Origin: Fidelibacterota bacterium
GTDB lineage: Bacteria > Fidelibacterota > UBA2242 > B5-G15
Assembly: GCA_003645825.1 (NCBI GenBank)
Contig: QNCQ01000001.1
Coordinates: forward strand, 1 to 31,781
DNA length: 31,781 nucleotides
Direction of reading: 5' to 3'
In this document: positions 9,198 through 19,808 of the stretch, piece by piece
How positions within the stretch are numbered: the stretch's first letter is position 1
Layout of the letters: each line of letters begins with the position of its first letter
Translations under genes and position numbers: made by a program
The notes under the pieces: model-generated
Databases searched by the model: none
The model's input: only the letters and a program-made list of their open reading frames with translations
Told to the model about the DNA's origin: nothing

Positions 9198-9210
9198 TTA
9201 TGTATTGAAT

Positions 9211-10014
9211 TTATTCAAGGTAAATCTTTCCAACTCTCTTCAGATTTTCTCCAGTAAAAAGCTTCGCCATTTCTTCAAATCGTTGGGGAAAATCAGAAAC
9301 ATAGAAAGCATCTTCCCTTGCAGTTTCACCTTTTGATAGAATTCCCTCTCTCTTTAATAGTTCATGAACTTCCCGAGCAACCTCTACTGAGGAATCTATT
9401 ATTCTGACATCTCCATCAACATATTTTGCAATGACATGTTTTATAATAGGGTAGTGAGTGCATCCAAGGATCAAAGTGTCTATTTCCCCCCTCAACGATT
9501 CCAGGTAATATCTTACCACCATTTCCACAATTTCCCCATCGGTCATACCTTCTTCGACAAGTGGCACAAACAGTGGACACTCTTTTTGAATAACCTTGAT
9601 CTTACTATTCATAGAGCTTATTGTATCTTTGTAAGCTCCGGAGTTCATGGTTGCTCTGGTTCCAATAACGCCAATGTTGCCGCTTTTTGTTACGGAAACC
9701 GCTTTCTTACAAGCAGGTTTAACCACACCAATAACAGGAACACTTATCTCCTGACTTAGCAGATCGAGAGCAACACTTGATGAGGTATTACATGCTACCA
9801 CAATTAGCTTTACTCCCTTTTTTTCGAGAAACCTGGCTATTTCCAGAGAGTATTTCCTCACTGTTTCATTACTTTTTGAACCATAGGGCAGTCTCGCTGT
9901 ATCTCCGAAGTAGACAATATTCTCCTTCGGTAAGAGCTTTTTTATCTGTTTCACTACTGTCAGACCACCCAGCCCTGAATCAAATACACCTATTGGCGAA
10001 TTTCTAACCTCCAC
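9211..10014 (-). CDS. murI: Glutamate racemase
   Basis: IGVFDSGLGGLTV, PYGSKS, VACNTSS, LGCTHYP (both catalytic Cys present). Confidence 0.97.
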   Translation of the reverse strand: MEVRNSPIGVFDSGLGGLTVVKQIKKLLPKENIVYFGDTARLPYGSKSNETVRKYSLEIARFLEKKGVKLIVVACNTSSSVALDLLSQEISVPVIGVVKPACKKAVSVTKSGNIGVIGTRATMNSGAYKDTISSMNSKIKVIQKECPLFVPLVEEGMTDGEIVEMVVRYYLESLRGEIDTLILGCTHYPIIKHVIAKYVDGDVRIIDSSVEVAREVHELLKREGILSKGETAREDAFYVSDFPQRFEEMAKLFTGENLKRVGKIYLE

Positions 10015-11548
10015 CGGCTACTTCCTTCTCACAAACATTTTTAAACCCTACTATACTCTCGTACAGAGCTTGTGCTATTAACTGCCTGTATCTGGGGGAA
10101 TTGAGTTTTCTTTCGTCTTCCCTGTTAGAAATGTACCCCAGCTCGCAGAACAGACTTGGCATCGAAGCTCCTATCAACACATAAAATCCGGCCTGTCTCA
10201 CCCCTCTATTTTTCATGGGTACAATCTCGGTGAATTTCCTCGAGACTATTTCGGCCAGTCTTTCACTGTCTTTCATGTAAGCTGAGAAAACCATATTCGC
10301 CAGAATATTAGATATATCATCATAGCCTTTGTACTTCTCTCTATCCGCTTCTGTTTCCAGCTTTATAACAGAGTTTTCTTTCTCTGCCACGGCTATTGCT
10401 TCTTCTGATCTACCGGGCCTGAGCAGGTAAAATTCAACTCCTGAAATTTTCCTGTTGTCACAGGCATTAACATGTATGCTGATGAAAAGTTTTCCGTTAG
10501 CATTATTTGCTATCTGTGTACGCTTCCATAGGGGAAGGAAGGTGTCCGTTTTTCGTGTATAGACCACTCTTAGCTTTCCCTTAGTTTCAAGCAGCCTTCC
10601 AAGACGTAACGCTATATCGAGGGCAATATCCTTTTCATTTAGTCTGCCCCTTCGCCTCAGCGTTCCCGGGTCCTTGCCACCATGTCCGGGATCCAGAACC
10701 ACTGTATCTATAAACCACCGGGTTCTGGCTTTTTCTATTTTTTCTTTTACCCTTTCTCTATCTGGATAAAACAGAGATACCAGTACCTTGCTTGATGCAA
10801 AATCATAGTGCACATCCGAGGAGTTAAATTCTCTGACAAGCTTAAAAATGAACTGCACAGATTCGTTTAACTGCATACACTCCACAGTTTTAAGTAGAGA
10901 CGACCTATTTTCTACAATCAGCTTAGAAGTATCAACTTCCGCAGCGTAAATGGTCAGGTAGAATTGATCCCCCTTTCTGAAATAATATGAAAAGTTGTTG
11001 TCTGGTATCGGCCTGTCCACATCAATGAGAGCAACTAGGCCGTTGAATTTATCCTCAATGCTGATCTTTCGGATAGTGCTAAACACTATCTCCTTCCGGG
11101 TGAAGGTTTCGCTCCTTGGCTTTGTAATAGAATATCTCATACCTGTGGGAGTTACCCTGTAAACAAGCCGTTTAAAACTAACATCTCGCAGTATCTTCAA
11201 AAAGCTCTCAAGAGGCACATAGATCTCTTTATTCACAAGGAGGACTTTGCTTCTGAGATTCAGGGTTTTATTCCCCACTACGACAAAAGAGCTGTTTACT
11301 GTGAACTTTAATATCTTACTCGGCAAGAAAAGTAGGATCTTGCCATTGTCGGGGCGGTAATATGTTCTGAAATCGGCAGTTTTTGCAAACGTATTAAGTG
11401 AAATATATTTTACGCCACTTTTCTCAGCTATGTTGAACTTAAAATCCTTTCCTGCCTCCGGAATGTTTATCTCAATGAGATCACCGGACAAATTTCCCGC
11501 AATAACCAGAATAATTACCAGAAATTTCTTCAGCACACTTCCCCTCAC
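10004..11548 (-). CDS. N-acetylmuramoyl-L-alanine amidase (Amidase_3) with N-terminal accessory domains
   Basis: Signal peptide; LDPGHGGKDPG, NEKDIAL, FISIHVN, CELGYISN zinc/catalytic motifs intact. Confidence 0.93.
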   Translation of the reverse strand: MRGSVLKKFLVIILVIAGNLSGDLIEINIPEAGKDFKFNIAEKSGVKYISLNTFAKTADFRTYYRPDNGKILLFLPSKILKFTVNSSFVVVGNKTLNLRSKVLLVNKEIYVPLESFLKILRDVSFKRLVYRVTPTGMRYSITKPRSETFTRKEIVFSTIRKISIEDKFNGLVALIDVDRPIPDNNFSYYFRKGDQFYLTIYAAEVDTSKLIVENRSSLLKTVECMQLNESVQFIFKLVREFNSSDVHYDFASSKVLVSLFYPDRERVKEKIEKARTRWFIDTVVLDPGHGGKDPGTLRRRGRLNEKDIALDIALRLGRLLETKGKLRVVYTRKTDTFLPLWKRTQIANNANGKLFISIHVNACDNRKISGVEFYLLRPGRSEEAIAVAEKENSVIKLETEADREKYKGYDDISNILANMVFSAYMKDSERLAEIVSRKFTEIVPMKNRGVRQAGFYVLIGASMPSLFCELGYISNREDERKLNSPRYRQLIAQALYESIVGFKNVCEKEVAGGG

Positions 11549-13395
11549 TGACTGTAATATAAATGAACAATTACTTTTTTCAGCCTTCTGCCCCCAGAAT
11601 TTCCACTATAGCTGAAACCAACCTTATATGCAAAAGCAATCTCTAAATTCTCATTCAAACGCCCGCATAAAGCTATAAAAAATCTATAACCATTTCCATA
11701 CAAATTTGCAAAATCGAAATGATACGGGATAGAAGATTCAAAAATGGTAAAACCTTCCCCGTCAACAACCTGAAATTCAGAGGCTCCAGATTTTATGTAC
11801 CAATTTCTTCCAGTATATCTAAAATATGGAGAGATGGCAATGGAAGGGTGTTTGTCATGTTCCAGTCTCAGTCGCAGACTATTTTCAAAGGTAACTCTTT
11901 CACCGAGCATAAAGCTGTATCTAAAATACACTCGCTTGAAAGACCCTCCTTCAGGAATGTAATCATCAACGAAGTCTACGGTAAAATTCCCTTTGCCTAT
12001 TCCACAAATTCGTGTGCAGAACAATCTTCCCCATTTTAAGTCGTTTATGCTTTCATAACTAAGACGCTGATGAAAATCTGTGAGCAGTTTAACTTTCAGT
12101 TTCCGGAATTTTCTTTCGATTATATAAAGCATCCCTTCTTCATCCGAGTTATACCCGCTGAAATATTTCCTAGTTGATCCGAGTCTGTAAAAATGGTTTT
12201 CGCTCAAGTATCTGTAGCTTATTCCGAAACCAGCACTTTCAACCGTAAACACCAGACTTCCTGTGAAATTGAGTTTACCATTGATCACCAACATCTCGCA
12301 TCCAAAATCTACAAATTCACCAGCTGTTGCACAATAAAATGAAAGAGCTTTTATTTGCTTAGAGCAGCCCATATATTTCAAATACCTGTTATAAGAGGCA
12401 AATGATACCATACAACCCGCTGATACCTTGCCGCATTTTATATCTGCCCCGATTCCGATAACCTCCTCCCTGAGATTTTTTCTGGAGATCAGCTGACTTC
12501 CTGAGGCATGATAACCAGAATTTAAAAACTTAATCACTGTATCTCCTTCTGCATGAGAGTCTATAAAATTGCTTGAAGCAAAAAAAAGGAGGTTGTAAGT
12601 ACCGAAATTTCCAAATAGCCCCACGCCTCTAAGGAAATTGTTTTCGTCAGTGCCAGAATAGGGGGTCAATCTCGGGTTTCTGATCCTTAGGCTCCTCGCC
12701 CCAGCTTGCCTCAGCATTGAGTAAAGAGAGTTGTTGTACAGCAGCCCATATCCCCATCTCACCCTGAAAGTACCTATGGAGCATGACAGTCCGTTAGCAG
12801 GAAGTCTTTTGAGTAATACAAAGATGTTTTTACAATCGAAAAGACTCTTTTCTCCTTCGTCGTACTCCCCCGTGAAGCTGATATCAAGAAAACTACTCGA
12901 GATATTTAGCTTGAATTTATTTCTTGCTATGAAATAATTGTTTCCCTCATATAGTTTGAAAAAAGTTTGCTCCAGAATGCTCACTCTCTGTGTTGTTTCT
13001 CTTCTTAGGGAAAAGAAGCTCTTGATGAACTGTAATTCTTCTCTGTTTAACCTTGCTATTCTTTTCACATCCTGCCATGTGGAGGCGGTTTTTAGTGAAT
13101 CAAGACTTAAAAGAAGCTTATACTTTAGTTCGAAAGATATTGGGAGCTCTTCTATCTCTTCCATTGTACATCTCCTGAGATCAATAGGATTTTCTTGATA
13201 TTCAGCAAGAATATCTTCGACCTCAGTCTCGCTAATTTTGTCGCTCTCAAAGTAGTCAACAATGTAGTTGTAATCTGCTCCACATGCAGGATCTGGCCCC
13301 AGCGCTACCGAGAACAGCAGCCAAAGCCATAATATAGTGTTCCAGGCAAGATGCTGTGATTGAAATAGGCAAATGAAACCCTTATTCCTCTCCAC
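11545..13395 (-). CDS. Helix-hairpin-helix (ComEA-like) domain outer-membrane protein, FCB type
   Basis: NPIDLRRCTMEEIEELP resembles HHH_3; downstream YDEGEKSLFD, GTFRVRWGYGL and ENNFLRGVG motifs plus alternating beta-strand pattern. Start uncertain (GTG 13395 overlaps the upstream gene by 91 nt). Confidence 0.65.
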   Translation of the reverse strand: MERNKGFICLFQSQHLAWNTILWLWLLFSVALGPDPACGADYNYIVDYFESDKISETEVEDILAEYQENPIDLRRCTMEEIEELPISFELKYKLLLSLDSLKTASTWQDVKRIARLNREELQFIKSFFSLRRETTQRVSILEQTFFKLYEGNNYFIARNKFKLNISSSFLDISFTGEYDEGEKSLFDCKNIFVLLKRLPANGLSCSIGTFRVRWGYGLLYNNSLYSMLRQAGARSLRIRNPRLTPYSGTDENNFLRGVGLFGNFGTYNLLFFASSNFIDSHAEGDTVIKFLNSGYHASGSQLISRKNLREEVIGIGADIKCGKVSAGCMVSFASYNRYLKYMGCSKQIKALSFYCATAGEFVDFGCEMLVINGKLNFTGSLVFTVESAGFGISYRYLSENHFYRLGSTRKYFSGYNSDEEGMLYIIERKFRKLKVKLLTDFHQRLSYESINDLKWGRLFCTRICGIGKGNFTVDFVDDYIPEGGSFKRVYFRYSFMLGERVTFENSLRLRLEHDKHPSIAISPYFRYTGRNWYIKSGASEFQVVDGEGFTIFESSIPYHFDFANLYGNGYRFFIALCGRLNENLEIAFAYKVGFSYSGNSGGRRLKKVIVHLYYSQ

Positions 13396-14114
13396 TTTAT
13401 TATGCTCCCTATGGAAAATCTGTCAGGGTTTAGTTGATACCCCGCTACGAGAAAAAGAAATTTTATAAGCTTAACTTTTGTCCCCAACCTTAGACTAAAC
13501 GGAAAATACACGTCTTTGTATACCTCTAAAAACAGCTTTCCTGTGTCCCTGGGACTGTATACAAAACTGCAATAAAACTCCTCAGGGATATTACTTCCTG
13601 CTTTTCTGGTAAATGCCTCGGAAAAGTTTCTAAAAAGAATTGCAGAAATCAGCTTTTCTGTAAGTGAGAAGGTAAATCCCATATCGATTGATGCTCTGAA
13701 GCACATGGGGTATCCCTTTATCCATAAGCCATACAGGTTTAAGCTGGCACCAGCCCAGAAGATATCACTATACCTGTAACCATATTCGCAGTTGTAGGAA
13801 TATTCCCTGTAGAGAGAGTTGCCCAGATAGCCAACCCGCATTCTGAATAAATACCCCTTTTTCGATGTGTAGGAGGCTATAATTTCTTTTCCCTGAATAT
13901 CCTTTAATCCATAAAGATTTACATAGCTCGCCGAAAAATCGAAACCTACATCAGTAACGTAAGAAGGGTTAAGAGACATGCTACCTGCTGAAGTTACTCC
14001 CCCGATTCCGATAATCTCAGGGCTAAAACTCTGTAATTCGAACGCTGGGGAAACCATCCCCTTTAAGGCTAATAACAATAGAAAGATCAAAATACTTTTG
14101 AATCCGCGAAACAT
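13305..14114 (-). CDS. Putative PorV-like/FadL-type outer-membrane barrel, hypothetical
   Basis: Signal peptide, IGIGGV...SLNPSY (cf. GMGGA...NPAG of PorV-like barrels), amphipathic strands, IDMGF, LRLG. Confidence 0.6.
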   Translation of the reverse strand: MFRGFKSILIFLLLLALKGMVSPAFELQSFSPEIIGIGGVTSAGSMSLNPSYVTDVGFDFSASYVNLYGLKDIQGKEIIASYTSKKGYLFRMRVGYLGNSLYREYSYNCEYGYRYSDIFWAGASLNLYGLWIKGYPMCFRASIDMGFTFSLTEKLISAILFRNFSEAFTRKAGSNIPEEFYCSFVYSPRDTGKLFLEVYKDVYFPFSLRLGTKVKLIKFLFLVAGYQLNPDRFSIGSIIKWRGIRVSFAYFNHSILPGTLYYGFGCCSR

Positions 14115-14158
14115 TTCTTTACTCTTGTTTGGTTTTTGCCGCAGCGGGCTCTAAGCTA

Positions 14159-14845
14159 TTACATTTTTACCAGATCAGCGTCAATATAGATTTCCACACG
14201 TCTATTCTGAGCCCGCCCTTCCGCTGTACTGTTATCAGCTATCGGTCTGAACTCACCATATCCTAAAGCACTGAAAAACCTTTCGGGAATAGAGGTGTTT
14301 TTTATAAGGAAATCAACTACGTTTAGCGCTCTGGATGTCGAGAGCTCCCAGTTGTTGCGATATTTTCCAGAACGAATAGGGAGGTTATCAGTATGCCCTT
14401 CCACTCTGATCTCGACCTGGAGTTCAATACCTTCCTGTCTCAAAGCTCTTATAAATCTTTTAAGCTCTTCATATCTATCAAGATTCATCAGCTTTGAGCG
14501 TCCTATTATCCTTCCAAGATCACGGAGGATAGGTTTAAATTCATCTTTTATCTCTGCTTCATTGATATTGAAGACTATGGAGCTACTCATCAGAAGCTTT
14601 ATACCTTTTGTGTCTCTGGTGACCTTGATAAGGTTTCCCAGATTAGCTCCCTTGAGGTAATCTTCTATTTCCACTTTTGTCTCATTGAGCAACACGTCTA
14701 CAACCCTGTATATGTTACTCTGGGCTTCGTTGACAATAATTAGCGTTAAGACAAAGAAGGTAAGAAGCAAGGTAACCATGTCTGCGTAGGTTATAGCCCA
14801 GTACCCTTTTGGAGCTCCTGTGGACTTTCCTTCAGAGTCAGCCAT
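14159..14845 (-). CDS. motB: MotB/PomB-family stator subunit with OmpA-like peptidoglycan-binding domain
   Basis: WAITYADMVTLLLTFFVL (D22); VEGHTDN, NNWELSTSRA, GYGEFRP, NRRVEI. Confidence 0.93.
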   Translation of the reverse strand: MADSEGKSTGAPKGYWAITYADMVTLLLTFFVLTLIIVNEAQSNIYRVVDVLLNETKVEIEDYLKGANLGNLIKVTRDTKGIKLLMSSSIVFNINEAEIKDEFKPILRDLGRIIGRSKLMNLDRYEELKRFIRALRQEGIELQVEIRVEGHTDNLPIRSGKYRNNWELSTSRALNVVDFLIKNTSIPERFFSALGYGEFRPIADNSTAEGRAQNRRVEIYIDADLVKM

Positions 14846-14857
14846 CAGGCTCTTCCA

Positions 14858-15694
14858 TTATTTATAAAAATTTTCTTTCCTCTCACGAGTGGGGATAAAA
14901 GTCATGAGCTTCTCTCTGACAATCAGAGGATGTTCGCGGTTATGAAGACAGAGTATACCTTCCACCATCACCTCTTTGAGCATAAGCTCTTCTTCTGATC
15001 TTCTTTTCAGTTTTCCACCTATGGGAATGAATATCAGATTAGCAAGGATTAAACCGTAGAAAGTTGTCAGAAGAGCCATACCCATCCCGCCAAGCAGTTC
15101 TTTAAATTGAGTTGCAATATTAAAGTCCATGCTACCTATCAGAGACTCTATCCCACCTGAGTTAATTCCAGTCATGGTGAAATTTTTTAGCATAACAATC
15201 AGCCCGATGATCGTTCCAACCATCCCAAATGCAGGAGAGTATGTCCCCATGTAAAAGAAAATTTCCTGTCCCAGTTGGTGCCGTTTTTTCATATTAGAAA
15301 GCTCAAGATTAAGATAATTGCGAAGCCTATCAGGATCTCTCTCATTTATGGCAAGCTCGAGCCCGTTTCTCATGAAGGTATCTTTAATGTGTGGAAGTTC
15401 TTCCTCGAGGCTCATTATGCTATTTTTTCTTACCTTGTCCGCCAGATCAACAAATTTTTCCATTATTTCTTCATAGGTTAATTGATTTGCCTTGAAGACA
15501 TTTTTTAAAACTTTAAATACGCGCCAGACACTTTTGAAAGGGTAATTCACAAACGTGGCTGCAAGCGTGCCCCCGAGAACTAGCAAAAGAGAAGGATAAT
15601 CCCAGAAGTACTGAGCTGCTCCTTCCTTGGCGAAAATGGCGAACACTATGAGTCCAAAACCAATAATTAAGCCAAAAAGAGTTGTTAAATCCAT
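14858..15694 (-). CDS. motA: MotA/PomA-family stator subunit
   Basis: PSLLLVLGGT, RKNSIMSLEE, PAFGMVGTIIGL, ALLTTFYG, EGILCLHNREHP. Confidence 0.93.
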   Translation of the reverse strand: MDLTTLFGLIIGFGLIVFAIFAKEGAAQYFWDYPSLLLVLGGTLAATFVNYPFKSVWRVFKVLKNVFKANQLTYEEIMEKFVDLADKVRKNSIMSLEEELPHIKDTFMRNGLELAINERDPDRLRNYLNLELSNMKKRHQLGQEIFFYMGTYSPAFGMVGTIIGLIVMLKNFTMTGINSGGIESLIGSMDFNIATQFKELLGGMGMALLTTFYGLILANLIFIPIGGKLKRRSEEELMLKEVMVEGILCLHNREHPLIVREKLMTFIPTRERKENFYK

Positions 15695-15740
15695 CTGTCA
15701 GTTTCTTACTGGCTCAACTCCAAAATATAAAAAGAAATTT

Positions 15741-17359
<1,619 letters not shown>

Positions 17360-17372
17360 TCAAATCCGCACA

Positions 17373-17401
17373 AATTTAGGCTATTAAACGCTTTTTAACA
17401 A
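17373..17401 (-). promoter_or_regulatory. Predicted promoter of the eno-rho operon
   Basis: TTGTTA-N17-TAAATT; also fits Bacteroidota-type TTTG-N20-TAnnTTTG. Confidence 0.5.
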
Positions 17402-17441
17402 ACGTTCAAAAATGGGTTTTCTGAGAAATAAGGAATCAGGT

Positions 17442-17470
17442 TTGAATATTAAACCAATTAAATCTAATTT
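17442..17470 (+). promoter_or_regulatory. Predicted promoter of the four-gene radical-SAM operon
   Basis: TTGAAT-N17-TAATTT, about 35 nt before the ATG at 17505. Confidence 0.45.
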
Positions 17471-17504
17471 AGAGGGATAGCTTTCATAGCAGCGAAGAGT
17501 TGTA

Positions 17505-18080
17505 ATGAGAATTCTATTTTGCATAGCGAGTACAAGAGAGGTAAATGAGGCAAAGATAGCTACAGAACTTCGTAATGGATCAGAATTTGTTTTCCGTTAT
17601 ACTGGCGTGGGGGTGAAAAATCTCCGTGCTATAAAAGATGAGATTTTCACAGGAAACTATGACCTAGTTATAAACGCCGGAGTTGCTGGCATTCTGAATG
17701 ACAGTTTCCAGATTTTTGATGTGGTTGTTCCCTATAGATATATCTTTACTTTCGGAGGTGAAGTTCGGGAGTTACAATTTCCTTCGCCCGGGGTGAAGAA
17801 ATGGAAGGCTGGTTGTATAGTAACTACCACCAGACCTATTGCGAATGAATGTGAGAGACAGAACTTATGGAAAAGGCTTGGAGCTGATATAGTGGATATG
17901 GAGTCGTATTACCTTGCAGACCTTACTCGAAAGAAAGGAATACCTTTTTATTCGATAAAGGTCTTGACAGACAGAGCAAATTCTACCGCTGCAGTGGATT
18001 GTTTTAGAAATCTAAAAAGGGCACGGGAGATACTGTCGGATATCATTCCGATTTTTATCAGCGCCATTGATGCAATATGA
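17505..18080 (+). CDS. Nucleoside phosphorylase/nucleosidase, PNP_UDP_1 family (MTAN/HpnG-like)
   Basis: FRYTGVG, INAGVAG, DVVVP, IVDMES, KVLTDRA. Confidence 0.85.
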   Translation: MRILFCIASTREVNEAKIATELRNGSEFVFRYTGVGVKNLRAIKDEIFTGNYDLVINAGVAGILNDSFQIFDVVVPYRYIFTFGGEVRELQFPSPGVKKWKAGCIVTTTRPIANECERQNLWKRLGADIVDMESYYLADLTRKKGIPFYSIKVLTDRANSTAAVDCFRNLKRAREILSDIIPIFISAIDAI

Positions 18081-18919
18081 ACTGGATTCAATTTATATCT
18101 GTAATCATTCCAACTTACAATAGAGCTGTTTACCTTAAGCGGGCAATTGACTCGGTACTCAACCAGACATTTAAAAATATAGAGTTAATAGTTGTAGACG
18201 ATGGATCAACTGACAATACACCTGACGTTGTACGAATGTATGAAGATAAAGTAAAATATATTCGAATAGAGCATTCCGGTGTCTCGGCTTCAAGAAACAC
18301 CGGAATAAAGGCTGCATCCTCCAAATGGATAGCCTTTCTCGATTCCGATGATTACTGGCTGAACAAAAAACTGGAAATACAGACAGAATACATGGAAAAG
18401 AACCCGCACCTCCTAATTTCCCAGACAGATGAAATCTGGATTCGAAACGGAGTCCGAGTCAACCCTATGCTGAAGCACAGAAAATACGGTGGATGGATAT
18501 TTAAGGAATCTCTTCCTCTGTGTATAATCAGCCCTTCTGCTGTATTGATTCATAGATCAATATTTGAAGATGTGGGTTACTTTGACGAAACTCTTCCCAT
18601 CTGCGAGGACTATGACCTGTGGTTGAGAGTAACGCTAAAGTATCCCGTAGGGTTGATTAAAGAAAAACTAATCGTTAAAACTGGTGGTCATGACGATCAG
18701 CTCTCGAAGAAACTATGGGGGATGGATAGATATCGGGTCCTGGCTCTCGAGAAAACCCTCAATATGGTCTCAGATGTGGAAAGGAGACGACTTGTGCTGG
18801 AAGAACTGGTAAAAAAGTTAAGTGTTTTATCTAATGGAAGAATGAAAAGAAAACACCTCCCCAACACTTATAAAATCAAACTGGAGTTTTATAAAAATGA
18901 AATTAAAAAGCTTGGGTAA
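18077..18919 (+). CDS. Family 2 glycosyltransferase
   Basis: SVIIPTYNR, VVDDGSTD, SRNTG, FLDSDD (DxD), EDYDLWLR. Confidence 0.93.
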   Translation: MNWIQFISVIIPTYNRAVYLKRAIDSVLNQTFKNIELIVVDDGSTDNTPDVVRMYEDKVKYIRIEHSGVSASRNTGIKAASSKWIAFLDSDDYWLNKKLEIQTEYMEKNPHLLISQTDEIWIRNGVRVNPMLKHRKYGGWIFKESLPLCIISPSAVLIHRSIFEDVGYFDETLPICEDYDLWLRVTLKYPVGLIKEKLIVKTGGHDDQLSKKLWGMDRYRVLALEKTLNMVSDVERRRLVLEELVKKLSVLSNGRMKRKHLPNTYKIKLEFYKNEIKKLG

Positions 18920-19808
18920 TCTGTCGCTTCTTCCAGTTGAAAAATTTAATAGGGATGATGCTGAATTTGACTTTTTCCCGAGACCAAAAGGTAAAACAAT
19001 CCTTTATCCGCTTCTTGTTTCAAAGGAAAGGTCAGGGTATAGAATAATCTATGGGCATCATCTCCTGGAGCAGTTTACAAATTCTGGCTTCAGTATGATT
19101 CCCTCCATAATTGTGAAAACTCGGGATCCCAGAGACACTCTTATTGCAGCAATCAATTATCATAAGAACATAGGAGACATTCTCCCATCCGCACTTTCTA
19201 AAATCCTGCTATTCATGGAGAGACATCGACTCTCCAGAGATCCGGAGTTACTGTACCTTCTGAAGATGGCAGACTATGCTGACTTTTGCGACGAACTAAA
19301 GAGAATAAGTTCTTTCCCACAGCCCGTAAGGGATTATCTTGATTCGAAAAAAGCTCCTATAAAAGTGTGTTATCTTACTTCAATTGTAACTTCCTCCACT
19401 AAGGATTTCATTCTAAGTCTAATAAAGAGACTTTCACCGTCCCTTAGTATTTTCACCGAGATAATTTATGGCGTGTATGAAGTCTCAAGGAGAAAAGAGC
19501 TTGATGTAGCGTCAGTTGTAACCAAATACGGTCTTATTGACTCCATTGAACATGGAGACCTGAATTCTCTCAGAAAACAGGTAAGGCGGCTGTGCTTCCC
19601 TACAATCTCAAAGTTAAATGATGGAATAGAGAAAGAAGTGAAAAAACTCAGGCTCCCTGCCAGTGTGAAGCTGCATTGGGATTGGACGCTGGAAAGGAAA
19701 GCTATAAGTATAAATATTGAATTCGACAGTATGAGTTGTGAAAATCTTAGAGGTTTTCTGTCTTCTGGATTTTACAATGATCTAAAAAGATTATTGGATA
19801 AGATGTAG
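18897..19808 (+). CDS. ParB/Srx N-terminal-domain-like protein with helical C-terminal region
   Basis: ILYPLLVSK...YRIIYGHHLL resembles the ParB-N strands and GxRR helix but with HH in place of the arginine patch; followed by an all-helical region. Confidence 0.5.
   Translation: MKLKSLGNLSLLPVEKFNRDDAEFDFFPRPKGKTILYPLLVSKERSGYRIIYGHHLLEQFTNSGFSMIPSIIVKTRDPRDTLIAAINYHKNIGDILPSALSKILLFMERHRLSRDPELLYLLKMADYADFCDELKRISSFPQPVRDYLDSKKAPIKVCYLTSIVTSSTKDFILSLIKRLSPSLSIFTEIIYGVYEVSRRKELDVASVVTKYGLIDSIEHGDLNSLRKQVRRLCFPTISKLNDGIEKEVKKLRLPASVKLHWDWTLERKAISINIEFDSMSCENLRGFLSSGFYNDLKRLLDKM

Noticed and set aside
14159-15694. Zorya (ZorAB) anti-phage system
   Set aside because: MotA is 278 aa with no long cytoplasmic tail, keeps flagellar-type R/E residues, and no zorC/D/E-like genes are adjacent.
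18897-19808. Chromosome-partition ParB with a parS site
   Set aside because: No arginine patch, no parA; the only parS-like text seen (GTTTCACGT at 1645-1653) is a half-site inside porV.
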